DNA of 46,117 nucleotides from a virus: IMG/VR virus record IMGVR_UViG_3300045988_041336; one strand, 5' to 3'. Shown piece by piece: positions 41,778 to 46,117 of this stretch (position 1 is its first letter; each line of letters starts with the position of its first letter). The notes under the pieces were generated by a model. It saw only the letters and a program-made list of their open reading frames with translations, ran no database searches and was not told where the DNA came from. The position numbers and the translations under genes were made by a program.

Positions 41778-42143
41778 ATGACAGTAAAGATAAACGGAGT
41801 AGACATTACGGATTACATTGCGTTCCGTGGCTTCAAGTGGACGAGGAACGACGTAGATTCCCCAGACACTGGGCGTATGCTGGACGGCAATATGGAGCGA
41901 ACGCGCGTCGCTACGAAAGTCAGGCTGGACGTTACGTGCCGCCCTCTGCTCCTTTCGGAGGCTTCCGACCTTCTGTCTGCGATCATGCCTGTTTTTGTCG
42001 AGGTACAGTACACAGATCCGCAGGAGGGCGGCACAGTTACAAAAACGATGTATTCCAACAACAACCCTGCGTCCTTCTGCATTAAGAAGCCGGACGGGCG
42101 CGAGTATTGGGACGGAATCACGTTCCCTCTCATTGAAAAGTAG
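41778..42143 (+). CDS. Distal tail protein-like
   Basis: RBS GGAGG. 121 aa. First gene after the tape measure gene. Confidence 0.5.
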   Translation: MTVKINGVDITDYIAFRGFKWTRNDVDSPDTGRMLDGNMERTRVATKVRLDVTCRPLLLSEASDLLSAIMPVFVEVQYTDPQEGGTVTKTMYSNNNPASFCIKKPDGREYWDGITFPLIEK

Positions 42144-42151
42144 GTGATACC

Positions 42152-43792
42152 ATGCAGTCGGTTCCGAGCAACTGGAACAGCGTTTTTGAAATCGACCACA
42201 AAACTGAATTCAAGGCCGTCATAAACGGGGTCACATACACCTACGGGTCTATCAAGTCCGCGCAGATCACGAAATCCATGATGGACAAGCTGACCATTGG
42301 TCAGGCTACGTCCGCAATGCTGGACATGGTATTCAGGCCGGAAGGAACAATTCCCACGGCAGCAAAAATTGAATGCTATGTCCGGCTCACGAACTACGAG
42401 CCTACCACGTTGGTCACGGACGAGGCTGGGAACATCATCAAAACGGACGATGGGTACATTCTGGCCGGTGCATATTCGGTCGTGACCGACTGGATTCCAT
42501 TTGGAACGTTCTACATCGACACGAGAGAACTTGCCGCAAACGGTCTTATGACCATCACGGCATATGACCGGATGCTTGCGGCAGAGCAGGAATTCCCGAA
42601 CTCGGCAGGCTCCATGACGATGAATGCCGCTGTGGCGTACATCGCGGCGGCTCTCGGCGTGGAAACGGACAACCGCAACCAGATTGCACCTTACAGCATT
42701 GACAGCCCTGTAGGGCTTTATACGATGCGAGAGGTGCTTTCCGGAATCGCGGCTGCGTCCGGCGGCAACTTCATCATTACCGAAGAAAACAAGCTTCGGC
42801 TTGTACGGCTGGCTTCTCCGTCTACGGTCGACACGACGCGCGTCGCATCCTACGACGCGCTTTCCGACATGGTGACGATTGGAAGGATCACGCTTTATCC
42901 AGATGGGGATACGCAGTATTCTTCCGGCACGTCAGGCTATGAGATTCAAGCGGACTGTATCTATGCGACGCAGGCAATTTGTGATTATGTGAATAGCCTG
43001 CTTGGTGGTGTGTCGTATCTTCCATATTCTGCTGGTACGGCGAGGCTGAATCCGGCTATCGAGCTTGGAGACAGCGTAAGCCCGAATGGAAAGAATTCCA
43101 TTGTTGCATCTGCGGTGTTCACAATTGGCGTCTCCATGAGCGCCAGCATTGAAGCACCGATAGATACAGAGGTCAACCACGAATACCCGTATCAGGGGAG
43201 GACGAAGGAAGAACGCAAGACGGCTGTTTCCGTTTCTGAGATACGCAAGACTACAGAGGAGATTTCCCTTACTGTTCGCGGGAAAGTCGGCGCGGCAGAA
43301 GTTCAGAGCGCGATAGACCTGAATCTGAACAGTTTGACTTTATCCTATTCTGCGGCTGAAAACGGCGCGTCCATCACGCTTTCCAAGGATGGCGTGAACA
43401 TTCAGGGAAACGTGAAGATCGGCTCCATCGACGCAAGCAAGATCGATGTGAAGAATCTGAACGCTGACGAGATCACGGCGGGCACACTCAGTGCCATTGA
43501 TATTGTCGGCTGCACGATCTACGCGCAGGAGAGCAAACAGGATTATGCAAAGATGCTTTCCAACGGCATGGAGATTTACACGGACGGGACGTACAAAATG
43601 GGCCTTTATGTTGAAGGAAGCAACCCTACTTTGGAACTTGGAAACACGACGCCAGCATTCATACAGAAGATCTTTGAAGCTTCCGCGCACAAGCTGTGGC
43701 TTGGAAACCGTACCGGAAGCGACGGGATCATGATCGATTTTACAAATCACACGGTCAAAAAGTACATAAACGGTACGGCAACAGCATTGTGA
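42152..43792 (+). CDS. Tail tip / tail-associated (Tal-like) protein
   Basis: 546 aa. Second gene after the tape measure gene. Confidence 0.6.
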   Translation: MQSVPSNWNSVFEIDHKTEFKAVINGVTYTYGSIKSAQITKSMMDKLTIGQATSAMLDMVFRPEGTIPTAAKIECYVRLTNYEPTTLVTDEAGNIIKTDDGYILAGAYSVVTDWIPFGTFYIDTRELAANGLMTITAYDRMLAAEQEFPNSAGSMTMNAAVAYIAAALGVETDNRNQIAPYSIDSPVGLYTMREVLSGIAAASGGNFIITEENKLRLVRLASPSTVDTTRVASYDALSDMVTIGRITLYPDGDTQYSSGTSGYEIQADCIYATQAICDYVNSLLGGVSYLPYSAGTARLNPAIELGDSVSPNGKNSIVASAVFTIGVSMSASIEAPIDTEVNHEYPYQGRTKEERKTAVSVSEIRKTTEEISLTVRGKVGAAEVQSAIDLNLNSLTLSYSAAENGASITLSKDGVNIQGNVKIGSIDASKIDVKNLNADEITAGTLSAIDIVGCTIYAQESKQDYAKMLSNGMEIYTDGTYKMGLYVEGSNPTLELGNTTPAFIQKIFEASAHKLWLGNRTGSDGIMIDFTNHTVKKYINGTATAL

Positions 43793-43801
43793 GGTGGAGA
43801 T

Positions 43802-43945
43802 ATGAACGAACGGCTTGAATCACTAAAGGCTATAAAAGAAACCCTGAATCAGATCCGTGTCACTGGTCGTTCAGACTGCTTCGCAGTCGTGGCGATCAAT
43901 AACGAGCTGGACAAGCTTATCAAACAGGAGGCTGAAAATGGCTGA
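43802..43945 (+). CDS. Small helical protein (47 aa)
   Basis: RBS GAGGTGGAG. MNERLESLKAIKETLNQIRV... Below the ORF-track size cut-off. Confidence 0.45.
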   Translation: MNERLESLKAIKETLNQIRVTGRSDCFAVVAINNELDKLIKQEAENG

Positions 43946-44663
43946 AACATACAAAAAGATATCTGATTTTAATGTCGCGGCTAGTTTGGGAGACAATGAT
44001 CTTCTGCTCGTTTCACAATCTGGGACGACCAAGGTCATTAAAGGCTCGATGCTGAAAGCCCTTGCAAAGGCGGCTGGTGTTGAGGCGGCGAAGATAAACA
44101 ATGCGACTGTCAACGCACTCGGCCACCTTGTGATTACAACGACCGACGGAACAGTTATCGACACGGGCAAGGTCACAGGCGCGGATGGCGTATCCGTCGC
44201 GGGTGCTTCCATTGATGCGCAGTATCACTTGATCCTGACGTTCTCGGACGGAAGCACGAAAGACGCGGGCTATTGCCGGGGCGCTTCCGGGGCCGGAACT
44301 GGCGATATGCTGGCATCGGATTACGACTCCGACAATGCCGTAAAGGCCGCAGGAGGCATCGCGGAATATGTCAAAAACAACATCCCAATCGCTTCTAAAA
44401 GCATTCGCGGCGGTGTGAAAATTAAGACTGTTACAAAGACAATCACGCCTTCTGAGTGGGTAGCTGCCGGCAACGGCGCGTATTATAGCGCGAGCGTACC
44501 GCTTGGTTCTTCACTTATGGCATCAGCCTATGCTTCTGCTTATGACGGAAGCTTGAGGGCCAATCAATTTTCGTTTGCGACATACAACAATACGACGGTT
44601 GTTAGGTATACAGGTGAAAAACCAACTGGCAACGTAACCGTAACCGTTGATGTGCTTTATTAG
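43938..44663 (+). CDS. Tail fibre/baseplate-associated protein
   Basis: ATG after CAGGAGG. 241 aa, Gly/Ala/Thr-rich beta-type sequence. Confidence 0.6.
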   Translation: MAETYKKISDFNVAASLGDNDLLLVSQSGTTKVIKGSMLKALAKAAGVEAAKINNATVNALGHLVITTTDGTVIDTGKVTGADGVSVAGASIDAQYHLILTFSDGSTKDAGYCRGASGAGTGDMLASDYDSDNAVKAAGGIAEYVKNNIPIASKSIRGGVKIKTVTKTITPSEWVAAGNGAYYSASVPLGSSLMASAYASAYDGSLRANQFSFATYNNTTVVRYTGEKPTGNVTVTVDVLY

Positions 44664-44672
44664 GGGGATGTT

Positions 44673-46117
44673 ATGAACGAATTTACAGCAACACATCTTG
44701 CACCTATTAAGTTAGGACACACCGGAGAAAATGAGGCAGTGCGCGTGACGTTTTCTCTTGTGCCGTTCAAAGAAGAATTTCCCGGCGGTCGGCCTGCGCT
44801 TCTTGTGAAGCCGCCGAAAGGCGGCAATGCGTATCCGGTCGCGCTGACGAGCGAGGGCGATACCGCCTACTGGACGATCACAGCAGCAGATACTGCCGTT
44901 GCAGGCTTCGGCCAGTGTGAATTGCAGTGGTACGCTGGGGATACGCTGGCGAAATCGGATAAGTTCGATTTTATCGTTGTTCCGGCGCTCGAAGCAGGCG
45001 CAGAGCCGCCGGACGAGCCGTCCAAGCGCTGGTTCGATGCGATTCAGGCGCAGATCGGAGATCTTTCCAAGCTGACGACAAAGGCAAAGGATAACCTTGT
45101 TGCGGCCATCAACGAGGCGGCACGCTCTGGCGGCGGCTCCGGCGGCGGCACGATTGATATGCGCGTGTCCGGCGGATATATCCAGTATTCCAACGACGGT
45201 GTGACATGGGAAAACCTGATTGCGGTTTCCGAACTCAAGGGCGAGGCTGGCCCGCAGGGTGTTCCGGGCGAAAAGGGTGCTGACGGAGCGAAAGGCGACA
45301 CTGGCCCGCAGGGCGAGAGAGGCCCACAGGGCATTCCGGGGGCACAGGGTATTCCGGGTGAAACCGGCCCGCAGGGCGAACGCGGCCCGCAAGGCCCCAA
45401 GGGTGACAAAGGCGACCCCGGACAGAAGGGTGAAACCGGCTCCGGCTTTGTTGTAAAGGGCTATTATGGCACGGTCTCTGCACTCCAGACCTCTGTGAAG
45501 AATCCCGCCGTTGGCGATGCCTACGGCGTCGGCGCGTCCGAGCCGTATGACATTTACATCTACGACGGCGTGACGCGCACTTGGATAAACAACGGCCCGT
45601 TGCAGGGCGCGAAGGGTGACCCCGGCCCCAAGGGTGACAAGGGCGAACCCGGCGAACAGGGGCCGAAGGGCGATACCGGCCCCATCGGCAAGACCGGCCC
45701 GCAGGGTGAGCAGGGCATCCAAGGCCAGAAGGGCGACCCCGGAAAGGATGGAGCGACCGGCCCTGCCGGAAAGGACGGACTCACACCGACGATCGGAGCA
45801 AACGGGAACTGGTATCTCGGCGACGAGGACACCGGGAAGCCGTCGAGGGGTGCGACCGGCCCACAGGGTGCGACAGGCCAACAGGGCGCGACTGGGCCTC
45901 AAGGCCCGACCGGCCCCGCAGGCCCGGACGGCGATCCCGGCAAAGACGGAAGCCCCGGCAAGGATGGAGCACCCGGCGCAGACGGCACGACATTCACGCC
46001 GTCCGTCTCCGCTGCGGGCGATCTGAGCTGGACGAACGACGGCGGCAAGGCCAACCCAGCGCCCGTCAACCTCAAAGGCCCGAAGGGTGACACCGGCCCA
46101 ACTGGCCCACAGGGTGA
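44673..46117 (+). CDS. Collagen-like tail fibre, N-terminal part (continues at nt 56..716 of the circle)
   Basis: ATG after GGGGGA. No stop before the window end. Four Gly-X-Y blocks (e.g. [31 protein letters not shown]...), separated by short globular inserts. Confidence 0.85.
   Translation, partial: MNEFTATHLAPIKLGHTGENEAVRVTFSLVPFKEEFPGGRPALLVKPPKGGNAYPVALTSEGDTAYWTITAADTAVAGFGQCELQWYAGDTLAKSDKFDFIVVPALEAGAEPPDEPSKRWFDAIQAQIGDLSKLTTKAKDNLVAAINEAARSGGGSGGGTIDMRVSGGYIQYSNDGVTWENLIAVSELKGEAGPQGVPGEKGADGAKGDTGPQGERGPQGIPGAQGIPGETGPQGERGPQGPKGDKGDPGQKGETGSGFVVKGYYGTVSALQTSVKNPAVGDAYGVGASEPYDIYIYDGVTRTWINNGPLQGAKGDPGPKGDKGEPGEQGPKGDTGPIGKTGPQGEQGIQGQKGDPGKDGATGPAGKDGLTPTIGANGNWYLGDEDTGKPSRGATGPQGATGQQGATGPQGPTGPAGPDGDPGKDGSPGKDGAPGADGTTFTPSVSAAGDLSWTNDGGKANPAPVNLKGPKGDTGPTGPQG
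46063..46117 (+). repeat. Terminal direct repeat, copy 2
   Basis: Exact 55-nt match to nt 1-55. Confidence 0.9.

Larger units (their letters stand above)
1..46117. mobile_element. Complete circularly closed temperate phage genome (siphovirus-like, unit length 46,062 bp)
   Basis: All canonical modules are present: lysis, integrase/attP, CI/Cro, recombination-replication, terS/terL, portal, capsid, tail, tape measure, fibres. nt 1-55 are identical to nt 46063-46117, and the fibre ORF stays in frame across the junction. Confidence 0.85.

Noticed and set aside
44712-45902. 396-aa minus-strand ORF, plus several 60-136-aa ORFs in other frames, over the collagen-like region
   Set aside because: They are antisense or out of frame relative to a GGN-NNN-NNN periodic coding sequence. 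Their composition is Arg/Ala/Pro/Gly-rich low complexity, they have no RBS, and the + strand frame gives a coherent fibre protein.
1-46117. Search for CRISPR arrays, reverse transcriptases (DGR or retron), transposases, and PurZ/DpoZ Z-genome genes
   Set aside because: None of the translated ORFs shows RT (YxDD), transposase or PurZ-like motifs, and no repeat-spacer array is present. The MazZ-like gene therefore stands without the Z-base pathway.

Overview
The window is a complete, circularly closed genome of a temperate siphovirus-type phage. Unit length is 46,062 bp, because nt 1-55 are identical to nt 46063-46117. GC content is fairly high and ribosome-binding sites are Gram-positive style (AGGAGG), so a Clostridia-like host is my inference. 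Gene order on the + strand: (1) a collagen-like tail fibre that reads across the contig junction, then a second fibre protein carrying a CX5R phosphatase domain; (2) holin-like genes and an NlpC/P60-type endolysin; (3) a lysogeny/accessory region with a ToxN/AbiQ-like type III toxin-antitoxin locus preceded by 37-nt tandem RNA repeats, a three-gene moron cassette, an attP with a tRNA 3' fragment and arm repeats, a tyrosine integrase, a membrane-anchored XRE protein, an Mrr-type nuclease and a CI/Cro switch; (4) recombination/replication genes (Rad52-like annealing protein, YqaJ-like exonuclease, NinB-like, HNH, SSB, and a DUF6291-like protein with internal iterons); (5) a long early operon with Cys-rich/DUF551 paralogues, a Gly-Asp-Tyr repeat protein, a radical-SAM enzyme, a Mom/XF1762-like GNAT, DUF4406, MazZ-like and ThyX-like proteins, HTH regulators and a RuvC-like resolvase; (6) a reverse-strand five-gene accessory operon with an FtsK-type ATPase, under consensus divergent promoters shared with an RHH gene; (7) terS, terL, two tRNAs, portal, head and tail genes (including a -1 frameshift chaperone), tape measure, tail tip and fibres. 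The best follow-up candidates are the phage-borne type III TA, the reverse-strand accessory operon, the phosphatase-bearing fibre, the Mrr-fusion in the immunity region, the radical-SAM/GNAT/DUF4406 cluster, and the long structured non-coding spacers with intrinsic terminators that punctuate the packaging operon. All family assignments come from reading the translations by eye; no database search was run.
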